The notes under the pieces are model-generated. The model saw only the letters and a list, made by a program, of their open reading frames with translations. It did not search any database and was not told the DNA's origin. Below are positions 46,240-64,000 of a stretch of DNA of 64,000 bases, in pieces. The translations under genes were made by a program, and so were the position numbers. Location of the stretch: the NCBI RefSeq assembly GCF_009914755.1, contig NC_060930.1; one strand, 5' to 3'. Positions within the stretch are counted from its first letter, which is position 1. Every line of letters begins with the position of its first letter. This stretch comes from the human T2T-CHM13v2.0 reference genome, Homo sapiens.

Positions 46240-46650
46240 TTGGGTGGAAGACCTTCAAAACTTGTCCTCCCTTCTTCTACAGCAAATTTTAGCTGGCACA
46301 TGGCTACCGAACTTAAGACTACACTTTCCATTTTCCTTTGCCAGTAGGTGTAGCGAATAGCTAAGTTCTCACCAAAGGAACGTGAGTGGTAGTGATGTAT
46401 AACACTTTCAAGCCTTGGTCCTAATACATTGGGCATACTGTACTCTGCTATCACCAAGTCCACCAAAGGAACCATGTAAATCACCCCTGAAGGATGGCAG
46501 AGCCCCCTTGCCAGCCTGAGTACCATGAGGTCATAAGAAAGAGCCTGCCTATCAGCCCTGGACTATTAAGTGAGAGAAAAATAATCTTCTACTTTTATAA
46601 AAGTCACTGGGTCTTTTTGATGCAATTGTTTAATCTGTACCCTTACTAAT
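46240..46650 (+). mobile_element. MLT1-type MaLR LTR
   Basis: 'tagctggcacatggct...aagactacactttcc...taagttctcacca...cccttactaata'. Confidence 0.7.
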
Positions 46651-47038
46651 AGTTATTGATAAAATTAAACATCAGACCCACATGTTAGAATCCAAAACCA
46701 CTCTTTGCAAATTTATAGTACTGAAGTACTAATTTGTCAGAAAGAATATCTCAGTATAAATCTATTCCTACACACTTGATGCCTAGGAATTCATTAGTTT
46801 TTTAAGATAAAAAAGTAATGGTTAAGTCCATAGTGTTAAACCCAAGAGACAGAATTGCAAATTACTTTGGGGAAATTAAGGGGTTTCTGAGGAACACATG
46901 CATTGTCAACACTAATAATAAAAGGCAAATGGGAGTGGGGGGAGTGGGAGGAGTAGGAGAAATGATAAAGTATTCATTGTGATTTTAATTCTGCTCTCCA
47001 AGTACATTCTGGGAGTGACAGGTGTTATCTACATAATA

Positions 47039-47109
47039 TTTTAACATTCTTATATATAAGCAGGAGCAATTTCTTTTAACATTTCTTATATGTAAGCAGG
47101 AGTAATTTC
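47039..47109. repeat. 35/36-bp tandem duplication, two copies
   Basis: ttttaacatt(t)cttatat[a/g]taagcaggag[c/t]aatttc twice. Confidence 0.9.
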
Positions 47110-47197
47110 AATACCCCCAAATTATTATCTAGATTAGTTTTTCATCACAATTTACCTTAGTAAACAGTCCTTTGTTTACCTTCCCCCGCCCCCCAAA

Positions 47198-47787
47198 AGA
47201 GACACCCAGCCTGGGCGCAGTGGTGCAATTATAGCTCACTGTAACCTCAAACACTTGGGCTAAAGCCATCCTCCTACCTTAGTCTCCAGAGTAGCTGGGA
47301 CTACAGCTATGTGCCACCATATCTAGCTTTTTCTTTTTCTTTTTTTTTTTCTTTTTGAGACAGAGTCTTGCTCTGTAGCTGAGGCTAGAGTGCAGTGGTG
47401 CAATCTCAGGTCACCGCAACCTCTGTCTCCCAAGCTCATGTGATCCCTACACCTCAGCCTCTTGAGTAGCTGGGACAACAGGCACACACCACCACATCCA
47501 GCTAATTTTGATGCAGGGGACAGGAGGGGTTGTTGTTGTTTTTGAGACAGGGTCTTGCCCATGTTGCCCAGGATGGTCTCAAACTACTGAGCTCAAGTGA
47601 TTCACCGACCTCAGCCTCCCAAAGTGCTGGGATTACAGCAAACCTAACTAATTTTTAAGCTTTTTTTGGAGAGATAAAGTCTCGCTGTGTTGCCTGGGCT
47701 GGTCTCAAACTCCTGGCCTCAAGCAATCCTCCCATCTTGGCCTCCCAAAGCACTGGGATTACAGGCATGAGCCACCGCACCCAGTCC
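47198..47787 (-). mobile_element. Nested Alus: AluJ-like (about 47327-47638) inserted in the linker of another AluJ-like copy
   Basis: Order is right arm, poly-T plus near-complete Alu, then linker and left arm. Confidence 0.85.
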
Positions 47788-50013
47788 TGTTTACCAAATT
47801 TTTAATAACATTTCCCATATTCAATGTCAACAACGAATGTGACATTAATTAATGACTGTATCTTAGTTCAACCCAATAATACCAACTTCAGTTTTATTAA
47901 GTATATTTATTCCTCTAAACAAATGAACCTGGGGTTAACACTGATTTCAAATATGGGTAGGTGTTTAGTAAAGAATCTGAGACTCTGGTGTGTAAATTCA
48001 TATAGGACAGACGGCTGATATTATAAGTATTATAACCAGAAGACCACTGTTCTGCTCAAGAATTATATTGTGCCACAAACAACTTTTGATATTAACCAAA
48101 GGTAGAAACACGGATGATCAAAAATAACTTGCAAACCACTACTAGTTGGCTTTGAATGGTCTATTAATTTTTAAAAGAGATTTATTTGATTACATTTTTC
48201 TCAGAATAATATGAAAAACGACCTATGTTCCTTGGGTACAAGCCAAGTGATAAAAGCAAAACTAGTGGCTAAACCAATTCAATTTGGGTATAAAAACCCA
48301 CCACAAATAAAATAGAAAGTAAACCAACTGTAAGAGATAAATGAGATTTGACTACAGGTGTTAAAAATAACATATTTTAAAACATGATTCCATGTTAGGC
48401 TCTATATGGAATCAGGCTCACAGATGTGCAACTAAAGAAAAATTGTGCTCTATTAGAGTTCACAGGCTAAGAGAAATAAGTATTTCTAGAAACTTTTAGG
48501 TGGTTGGATTACCGATCTTAAAGGTTTCTCAGAGGGCAGGGATGTTGATGTTATTAGTGCTTTTTCCTTAAAAGTCAAGGTTCTTTATCAGTACCTAAAA
48601 TGAATGGGACATGACAATCATAAGCACTTCTATATGTACTCCAAATTTTAAAATGGGGCTGAGATAGTTTAGGACTCAAAAGTATACTAGGGGCACAGGC
48701 GCCAAAAAGGCGGCATATAGGAAAGCAGGACTTTTCTTCTTCTACCTTGCTACTGTGCCAAAGTATCAAACAACTTTTTGGCCTGGGTCAAGTTCCATCT
48801 TTTGATTTTGTTCAGAGCCTAAGAAATCATTGGCATGTAATAAGTGCTAAGTAATAACACACACGGTGTGGAGGTATAATAAATTAATATGAAATACTCC
48901 ATAGGGGGTCCAATTTTATGGAATAGGCTAGTAATCCATGAGCCATATTTTTGATAAATTGGTTTATGTTACAATAAACTTTATTGTATTACAACAGATT
49001 CCGCTGGCTTGCAGCATATTACACACTTGCAAATCCCAAACCTATAAAGCATTTATTTTTATTTAAGATTGATAAAATCATGTCCATCTTAAGATGCCTC
49101 TGGGCACTTACATGGTATAAAAGTAGACACAAAATTCTAAGAAAAAGAAAGCCTGGCTCTGTTCAGATTTAGTTTTTGTTCTTTTTTAAGTACTAAACAA
49201 AGGCAGTATGTCTTATACCTGAAGGTCAACCCAAAGTGCAAACTTTATAAAGATTTATAGAATAAAAAGTCTGTCTCAAGAAAACACTGGTATCCCTGGA
49301 CAGCAAAGACTTGTGCCGACTAGCAGGAGAGCTTCAGCGGTGCCTCACTGGAAGCGAATGTTAAGATACCTAAGGGCTTAAGTATAAATTTTTTAAAAAC
49401 ATAAAATCACTACTCTGAATTTAACTCCAAAGCAAAGCAGAGCTGTGATGTACCTCATGCTGCGTTCTATGATGTTACATGCTAGAGTGGCAATACTTTA
49501 TACACAGCATCACCTTCCCATGGTCTGTACTAAACAGGGCCCTTCTCTTTCACATACATTCACAGCTTGATGAGAAGGACATCAAGTCAAGAAAACACAG
49601 TAGCTGTCTTAATGCTGGACGCAGATGCAATGATGAATAGAAACTTAAAGACAATGTTTCTGGTCAACTCAGATGAAAGACTCCTAAAGTGAAGTACATA
49701 TTATTCATATTTATTCTAATTTTTGTTTTTAGGCCTCCCCTCATATAAAAAGCATGAAAAAAATGAATGTCACAATAATAGAATATTTGAACATGTTATT
49801 ACTGACAATAGACAATAAGCTTCATGGTTTTGTTTTTTGTTTTACTATTACATTACCTATGCATATACAATGCCTTGCATATAGAAGGTACTCAAAATAT
49901 TTGAGGAAAGAAGGGAAGGGAATACGGGAATAAGGAAGAGGGAAGAATTCAAACAGGAGGGAATTTTATAACTGGAACATGGACATAGAGGTCAATTATA
50001 AAATTTTCATTCT

Positions 50014-50359
<346 letters not shown>

Positions 50360-50639
50360 TTAGTCAAAGCTCTGCTTTCTTCCTCTGCTTCTAGAAAGTT
50401 TAATATAAAGTCAGCCATCTCTTCCATTTGTATATGAGTAGAAATTCTAAGGTTCCTAAGATTGCTGTCATGCTTACTAAAAAGATAAAACAGTTTTTAT
50501 TTTCTGAAATAGAAAACTTATATGAACTTGACTACATATTTAACCCATAAATTTATACAGAGAATATACAGGGAGGAGAGATCAGAGATGGTTATCAAGA
50601 GAGTACAGTTATGACTCTACAGCTGGACAGGTGGCCTTC

Positions 50640-52035
50640 ACTACTCTTTCCCTAGTTGATTTCATCTACCCAACAGCTTCAAACAACCTACATGTCAGTA
50701 ACTCTCAATTTGTTATCTCTTGTATATACACAAGACCTGTTTTCTAAGAACAAGTCTTGCGTATCCAACTCTCTCTGGAAACTTCCATTTGATGACTCAC
50801 ATGCATCTCAAACTTGGCAAGTCTCAACTAAATGTTTGGTCTTCCCGCACCCACAGTATGTCTTTTTTCCTGGTTTCTGTATCTCAGTAAATTGTACCCC
50901 CATTCACCCAGTTTTCATGCCAAAAACCCAGTGTCAAGGATGTCTCCCTCTCTCATTCTCTCCTCTATCCATTCTCTTCCACATCCACTCTATCCATCAT
51001 GTTTGTCATTACCACCCTCAAAATATACCTCAATCTCATTTTCCCCCTGCATTTCCACTGCCATCACACTAATACAGAGATTGCAAAGTGCCACCCATGA
51101 GATCCTATCTGACCGGTAAGGCTGTTCCATCTGGCCCATAGTATTTTTATAAACTACTTACTATAAACTATAAATATTAATTGATAATATTTATAAATTT
51201 AAGACTTTAACAAAACACTCTAGATTCCTTACTTCTCTTGGAAAATTAAAAAAGCTGGCAAAACTAAGCATATGATTCCACTTGCCCTAACCTGGGCGGG
51301 ACTCAGGAGAGGCTACACCTCTTAACACAGGGTCTATGCTCTCTATTGCCTCCTAAAACTTAGGCCCAAAGAAAGTTGCTATTATCAATGCAATCTTATT
51401 TTGCTTATAAGGATCTGTTTAATACTTTTGTACTACCTGGCCACTGAAAGCAAACGAGTTTGTGAACTACTTTCTGTTTTATTTCTCTAACTCCATTAAA
51501 ATGTGAACCAGATCATATCACTTCCCCGATTAAACCTTCTAATGACTTCACATTGTCTTAAAATAAAAATCTAAACTCTTACCTAAAAGGCCTTAACATA
51601 ATCTGACCTGTCCAGTCTCATCTCCTGCCCCTCCCCTGACTCACCATGTTCTACCTGTACAAGCCTTCTTTCTTGTCCTTGTTACCAATCTACAAAGGCT
51701 CTTCGCACAGATATCCACATGGGTGACTCTTCCCTGTCATTCAGGTGTTAGCTCAAATATGACCTTCTAAAAAGGTCTCCTCTGACCACAGAGGTATTCC
51801 CCTACTTCCCCACCCAAGCCTATAACCCACCCTCACCACGTTCACTTTCTACCACCTTGTGTTATTTTCTTCACAGCAATCACTGATCTTTAACAATACC
51901 TTGCTTACTGATTTATTTACCTATTGTATATATCACCCCTCTAGAATGTAAATGATGCAGGGACCATGAATGTCTTACTTGCCACTGTAATTCCAGTGAT
52001 TGGCACTTAGTAATAAATGTTTGTCAAATAAACAA
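50640..52035 (+). mobile_element. L2 3' region interrupted by a hAT-type MER (about 51075-51470)
   Basis: L2 motifs 'accagatcatatcacttcccc' and tail 'aataaatgtttgtcaaataaa'. Confidence 0.65.
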
Positions 52036-52232
52036 TGCACTACAATAAGAGCTCTTACAATTTTCAATGGGCTCGGTCAATACCCATTTACAATTCATTT
52101 CTCATTTTTTCTAATCTAGAGGCTAGCCTTTTTTGCAGGTTGGCATGCCATGACAGAGTTCATTTACTCATTCAAAAAATATACATTGCACCTGTTTGCG
52201 GTACTGAGATCAAACAACCAAAAAACCTGCCC

Positions 52233-52551
<319 letters not shown>

Positions 52552-52599
52552 CTAATAGGGAGGGACAGATGATAAACAAAAGTTAGTAAATTATATAGT

Positions 52600-52897
52600 A
52601 AGTTGGCTCTCCATATCCATGGATTCCACATCCATAGATTCAACCAATCAACTGTAGATCAAAAATATTTTTTAAAAATAATAAAAATTGTAAAACTTAA
52701 AAACCATTACAGTATAACAACTATTTACATAGTATTCACCTCATATTAGGTATTATAAGTAATCCAGAGATGACTTTAAGTATACAGGAGGATATGTGTA
52801 GGTTATGTGCAATTACTATACCATTTTATATAACAGACTTGAGTATCTGGGGATTTTAGTATCCATGGGAGTCCCCATGGATACTGAGAGACAACTA
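52600..52897 (-). mobile_element. MER2 (Tigger family)
   Basis: 'gtatacaggaggatatgtgtaggttatgtgcaa...gacttgagtatc'. Confidence 0.85.
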
Positions 52898-53594
<697 letters not shown>

Positions 53595-53624
53595 TCAAGA
53601 AGTTTGACTTTTACCCTGAGATGA

Positions 53625-53927
<303 letters not shown>

Positions 53928-54051
53928 TAAGGAGGCTTTGACTTATGTTTAGAAAGGAACAATCTCTGGGTTTAGATAGCGGCGATGGCTGCAGAACTTT
54001 GGGAATATACTAAGAAACACTGAATTGCACACTTTAAAAGAATGAATTTTA

Positions 54052-54503
<452 letters not shown>

Positions 54504-54991
54504 TCAAGCCACTGCAATAATCTAACAGAGAAGGTGATGGCTTGCATCAGGTAGTAGCTAGTGGATATGGTAAGAAGTGGTTCCAATTCTCTATATATTC
54601 TGAAGGCAGGGCCCCTAGGATTTGCTGATGGATTAGATGTGGTACATGAGAAAAAGGGATGTAGGATGACACAAAGGTTCTATCCGATGAGTTTTCTCTT
54701 TCCTGATATAGGCCTTGCCCCTTCCTGTTAGACTTTCTTGTTCTTCCTGCCTGGAATATTGACAAAGGGCTGGAGATGGATCTACAAGGACAAGAATGAG
54801 GACAAATGCCAACATACCAAGAATATCAGAGTGGAAAGACAGAAATAACCTGGCTTCTGAAGGTACTGTTGAATTCCTATACCAACCTATCATCTAATAA
54901 GAATAAACACCTCAATTATTTAAGCCAAAATTTCCTGTGATTTGTACTAAAATGTATCCCTAATTGATATACATGGTGATTTTTTTAATGC

Positions 54992-56495
<1,504 letters not shown>

Positions 56496-57739
56496 AGTTT
56501 CTTTTCCATTGTGAAAATTTTGCTAGGTTCTAAGGAGTTAAAAAGAAAAACATTCCCACCCACACAGCAATACTTCAAATTTTCAAATTTTGCAGTGTAA
56601 ATTACATAAAACACTATTATACCCTTATTTTTTATACTCATTTAGTTACCTCTGATTCAAAATTATGTTTCTTTGCAGCAAATCTATAAGTATACTATTC
56701 TCTAGAAACACATCAAAAACATTTATATGTTATATTTTCAGTAAGAAGTGATAGGATTATTTCAATTTCACTCATTTTCACTCCACCAAAATGGTACAGA
56801 TTTTCCAGGCTGAAACAATTCATTTCCCTTTCATTTACACACTTATCTGTGAAGGCGGCATGAAGTATGCCATTGGAATCATCTCTCTTCGAAGTCTATT
56901 ACGTATGCTTTGTAATTTACTGAAAATTGAAATCATCAGTAATCATTTCTTCCTGTTCTCTTTTCGGGCTAGAGTTCTTTTTTTGTAGAGCTTTCTTTTC
57001 AGGTTTTGCCAACACATTTTTTCAAGTCATTTTTCCTTTTCCTTTAAAATGAAAATGTGCCTACAAAGTTCAAAATCGTGCATTCCTAGATGGCATCTTG
57101 GAAGAAAGAATAGAGCAATTTCAAAGCAAAATATCTATTTTTTTTCCCAACTCACGCATTAATCTTTCCCTAGAGATATGTAAATAGGTAAAGAAGTGAG
57201 GTCCATACATAAAAAGAAACAGTGTACTAAGATGTTTACCTGAAAACCACACTATAATTCAAATATTGTTAAGGGTCATTGTCAATATGTTTAGGCCAAG
57301 AGCACAATCTACTTTTAAACTGTTGTAACCTGATAAAAGGGATAAAAGTTTGACACAGTATTCCTCTAAAGAGAGCAATGTAAAAAGATGAGCAATAAAT
57401 CCATAAGGAAATGGATACAGCCAGGCAGAAATTATAGAAAAGGCACCAGGAAAAAATCAATAACTGCAGAAAGGGACAAGAGAACCCATGGGTAAAGGTG
57501 ACTTGTAAATTCTAAGGATTTAAGATCTTTTAGAGGATTTTCATTAGATTGGGCTGTTTTTCCCCAAATCTAGCCTCTCAGTATAAATAAGTGAAGGCTA
57601 TCTTCTTAACCAGAAGTTCACAATATTTTTTAAAAGTAACCTACAATGTGACTCCTTTTAATGCTCAGTTTCATAAAAATGCCTTGCACTTCAGAGACAT
57701 TCATAAAACATCCCTCAGTATTCCAATGAGCTATGAACG

Positions 57740-57900
57740 CTGGTAAGATAAAACATGATGCTAAATCCCAGTTATTTACCTGTAAGGTTCTCTTTATGAA
57801 TCTCTATCACCCAACCAGCTATTATGGTTAAATAGATAATGGATATAAAACACTCAACACTGTGCTAGCACAGAAGCACTCAAGATATATTAGCTATCTT
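57740..57900 (+). mobile_element. MIR fragment
   Basis: 'ggttaaatagataatggatataaaacactcaacactgtgctagcacagaagcactcaa'. Confidence 0.6.
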
Positions 57901-58107
57901 TTGTTCCCATGGCATTGCCCCAAGTCTTAGGAAATGTGATGTCTCTAAACTGAGAGCCCTGGTAACCTGCTTTGGAGGGCAGTATGTTTGTCCCCAAACA
58001 GGCTGGCTCAGTATTTTTGCTTACTATTTGAGAATCAAGAAGAAAGTAAGATTTCAGTAGGTCCTCACTTAGGAACTGTCAAACGAAAGGAGAAAAGCAA
58101 TCCAAAA

Positions 58108-58119
58108 TGACAGCTGTCA
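58108..58119. promoter_or_regulatory. Palindromic TALE (TGIF/PKNOX/MEIS) dimer motif TGACAGCTGTCA
   Basis: Exact 12-bp palindrome in apparently unique sequence. Confidence 0.5.
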
Positions 58120-58249
58120 GGAGAGGGAAAAAAAAAAATCTTAGTGGTAATAACAAGGTTTCTGCAAAAATAACTTTTCCCAGACAGTTGACACCAGAAG
58201 TGACTGTGCAGCTAAGCCTTCAGAGTAGGGAACCACCCTACTGCTTTCC

Positions 58250-59790
<1,541 letters not shown>

Positions 59791-59989
59791 CTGGTCTGGG
59801 AATCTTCAGAGTGAAGACAATGCTCAGGCATCAGGCAGGGCGATGTTCACTCCGGGCAAAGGGCATACCATGTTTAAAGATACAGAACAATGAACTAGCA
59901 CAGTGTACACTTGGAATCTAGAAGCAGTTTGGTTTGGTTGGAGCTTAGGGTTTCAGCAGGAAATGAGACTAGCAAAGTAGGCCGGGATC

Positions 59990-60250
59990 TAACACTTACT
60001 AAGTGTTACCCTACTCTAGGCATTGTTTTAATCCCTTTATATTATTCTTATGCAATTTAAACATCATAGCAAACCTTCTCCTACAAAGAAGCCACTATTG
60101 TTATTTCCATTTTATAGACGTGCAGACTGAAGACAGAGAGGGTAAGTAACTTGGCCAAAAATCACTCAGCTAATAAAGGAAAGCCAAATTCAAAGCCAGG
60201 CAGACTGACTCTAGAACTGCACCCTGAACCAATACACTATATTGCCTCTG
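59990..60250 (-). mobile_element. MIR
   Basis: 'ccattttatagacg...actgaagacagagagggtaagtaacttggccaa'. Confidence 0.8.
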
Positions 60251-61044
60251 TGCTATGGATCTTGGGTTTCATGGTATAGACAAGGAGGAGCCACTCAAAG
60301 GTTTTACACCGGCAAACAATAGGTTTAGTCTGCATTTTAGGATCACAGCAATGTGGAGAACGGATTAGAAAAGTGTAAAGAGACCTGCAAGGTCCAAGCT
60401 ATAGAGATGTTGAAGGCAGGGTTTAAGGCAGCAGTATAAAGAAAGGAAGACTTTACAGACACCCAGGAAGATTTTATAAACACCCAGAATGTAGAAATTA
60501 TTAGGGATTTTAAGAGTGTGGTGGCTGAAGATCCAGGAATTCCTGCTCTGCCATTTACCATTCTCTCCATATGCATTTACATTTACAGAAAATAAGAAAT
60601 CACAAGCTGAATGAAAATCAAAGTATGATACTATGAGGTGGCTCAGCATCTAAATACCACAGAGCAGGAATACAGTAAAACTGGACTGGAACATTTGGCT
60701 TAGGATCAAGATGCAATTAAGGGCCTCTATCTTAAGTCCAATTCTGTATCTTGGGATTTTCCTATCTTCAGGCCAACAACACAGTATAGAAATCGGAAGC
60801 AGTGTCCAGCATACTTAGGCTTACATGCAAAGAGAGAACAAGAATGAGACACAGAATGAATGCCTGGGTTGCACAAAGTGTTCTGGTTGAACTTACTACA
60901 CTGACTATATGGAAAGAGGAAGTATAAAAGTAGTCCAGAAAGAGGAAGTAATGGCAGGACTAACTCATCGCAAGATACTCTCAAGAAGAAGAGTAAGATG
61001 GCAAGGCTGGCCCAATCTCAAAGATTAATGAAAAAATAAAAATG

Positions 61045-61373
<329 letters not shown>

Positions 61374-61402
61374 CTAATTAGGTTAGCATAATGTTAATAT
61401 AT

Positions 61403-61766
61403 GTTTGTCCCTTTGTATGCATGGGGGATTGGTTCCAGGACCCCCAAACCCCCACCAAGGATATCAAAATCTACAGATGCTCAAGTACCTTACATCAAAT
61501 GGCACAGTATTTGTATAGTATAACCTACACACAACCTTCTGTACACATTTTTTTCTTCAATCCACATCAGTCAAATCCTGCATACTTTAAATCACCTCTA
61601 GATTACTTATACCTAACACAATGTAAATGCTATGTATATAGTTGGTGCACTGTATTGTTTTTCATATTTGTTTTTTAAATTGTATTGTTATTTTTATTGT
61701 CTTTTTTTCCCCAAATATTTTCAATCTGCAGTTGGTTCTATCTGTGGATACACACAGCTGACTGTA
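61403..61766 (+). mobile_element. MER2 (Tigger family)
   Basis: 'gggggattggttccaggacccc...gatgctcaagt'. Confidence 0.85.
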
Positions 61767-62255
61767 TCAGAAAAGCCATCAGACCCTAAGTATGATGAAA
61801 ATGAAGGGGGCAGAAGACAAACTGGATTACCACACCATGATGGGTCAATCTGAAAGTCAAATTAATGCCAAGATTGTGGTGAGGGGAATATAATTTCACT
61901 TGATATTGATTAGATTTGGAGGGGGCAGGCTGGTCACTAAAACAGATCCAACACAAAGCTGTCATCTTAGCCAGCTTAACTTAATTCTAGCATCTTTAAG
62001 CCTGATGTTTTGAGTGTTGGAAAAGAACAAACTGGTTATCCCTTACACTATATTCCCTAATACTAGTTGAGGAGTGACCTCTCTAAAAGATCAAGAGCAA
62101 AAAGTCTTTTTAAAAGATTCTAGACAATGTAGGATACTCTTTGCCATAAGAGCCAAAGCCAACAGAAATAATCCTTCCACCCTTGGGAAAAGAGATAATG
62201 GCAAGACTTCTCGTTAATAATCTAGCTAAATGATAGAACTTAAAAGATCTTTGAC

Positions 62256-62416
<161 letters not shown>

Positions 62417-64000
62417 CTAAGACTGATTACTAAACCATTGGGAACAGGAAGTTCTGGGTTCAATGAATTTCTATATATTTTTTCATACTGGACACATGAA
62501 AGACATTAAACAAAACACACTATTTACTAGTTTAGCCGTCTCAGTGTCAACTTTTCAACATTTTGATGAAAATTTTGATCATACTAATAAAAGAAACCAT
62601 ATGGTATTGAATATTTTCAGCATCTAAGAAGGTAAATCTCAGAGTCAAATCCTCAGACAAACATAAATTAAGATTTATGGCTAGCATGATATATGAGCTA
62701 CATGATTTGCCATAAAATAGAGAAGAAGGAGTCAGTCACACATCATACTTTTGAGTGAAAAGCAATCTCACAACTATTAAGAGATTCATGATGTGCCTGT
62801 CACACAGATGCTATAGACAGCCACACAAATCCTGTGAATGTTTTGTCCCCAGATCAAGGGACTTATCTCAACTATACAGTGACTAATTCAACCCCTCTCA
62901 GAGGAATGAACTTTTCCAATAAAAGAAAAATAAATGGAAGTGCCAGCCACTTTAAATCAAGCACTTAACTAACGTGTTGCTATTTAAATTGTAGATAAAT
63001 ATTCTGGCCTAAGTTCAAGGGAGGCATGAATGCAAACGTGGGTCATAATGAATGAGCTCTATTTAGAAAATGGCTTTAAGGTATACATTTACTTTTCAAG
63101 TTCCCAAAAAAATAATCTTCTGATTTTATTAGAACGGAGCTTGCATACTGTTTGGAAGTTACCAGAAAATCAACTGTGCATTGTAATTTCAAGTGATATA
63201 TGTTCTTTTCACAGATTTCAAAATCCCCAAAACACTGAATTCTTGGATACTATCACAACCTTGGGGTATTCCCCAGACTCTAAGACTTAAAAAAAAAATC
63301 CAAAAAGGAATGGTATCCTCAGAAATAATGGGCTTCCAGAAGCTTGGCTGTAGTGAAAGCAGCCAGCAGGGTATATGAAACTCCACTCTTGCTGTTGCAG
63401 CGGAGCCTGCCAAGTCTACCAGTAGGCCAAATTAAGGCTGGTAAAGTTACAAACACGTTTTCCTTTTCAAATGGATTAGGAAGCTCCAAAATGTATTCAT
63501 CTTAGAGTGTGAGTAACATCAAAGCTATGGGTGATGCCACTAAAGAGAAACAAAGACTTCAAAAACAATATTGCTACAGTCCCCTCCAGTACCCCCAAAC
63601 TGGAAATCTTTATTTATGTAATGCCTTTTGATTTAATGAGTGACCTGCAGTCCTTTCTCCAAGATAAAAGTATAATCTGCTGATTAGCTACTCTTCTAGA
63701 ATAGATTATTGCTCATCAAGGTTCTGTTTCTTTGCCTCACTGGTTAAAAGACAATTTTACTAAGGATGACTCACCCCATCTCTAACTCTCCTTGCCTGTG
63801 TTTGTTGCTGCTGTTCGTTACCAGCAAAACTGGAGAGGGAAGACACACAGACACATAAAGACAAGTATATAACCCATTACAGGAGGTTCTCATTATTCCA
63901 GAACAACAATTACCTGAAAAAGGACATTTAAAGTGAATTCACTTGAAATAACGACCAAAATTCCATAGTGAATGTGGAAAAGGGGTTTCATTACATTAAA

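Noticed and set aside
46074-46526. 150-aa minus-strand ORF
   Set aside because: Lies mostly in an MLT1 LTR; no recognisable domain or splice context
49630-49700. Box C-like ATGATGA suggesting a C/D snoRNA
   Set aside because: No suitably placed CTGA box D or terminal stem, and it is antisense to the inferred host
52858-52885. Perfect 12-bp hairpin AGTATCCATGGG-agtc-CCCATGGATACT
   Set aside because: Explained by the internal symmetry of MER2 tightened by a small deletion; too short for a pre-miRNA

Overview
Primate (human-like) genomic DNA, AT-rich and CpG-depleted, roughly half made of recognisable transposon relics: about 22 Alu copies or fragments, MIR, L2, old L1, MaLR/ERV LTRs and Tigger/Charlie DNA transposons. 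The largest blocks are a complete THE1D-like provirus (33786-36404) and a 9.1 kb composite L1MA-type insertion (36552-45694). No complete protein-coding gene, CpG island, rRNA, tRNA or CRISPR array is visible, and the supplied ORFs are Alu-, L1- or LTR-derived or look like chance ORFs. The A-rich plus strand and the plus orientation of the L1 and most LTRs suggest a long intron of a minus-strand gene (inference). One plausible 68-nt coding exon (1797-1864, minus) was found, but I cannot name the gene. Best second-look items: an L1 with a second 5'UTR directly in front of ORF2, a strong CTCF site with its upstream module, a repeat-free TALE/homeobox motif cluster, a perfect TGACAGCTGTCA palindrome, a recursive-splice-like site and an inverted-Alu cluster. 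I see no convincing evidence of a new biological system. Repeat subfamily names come from recalled consensus sequences and need RepeatMasker/Dfam confirmation.
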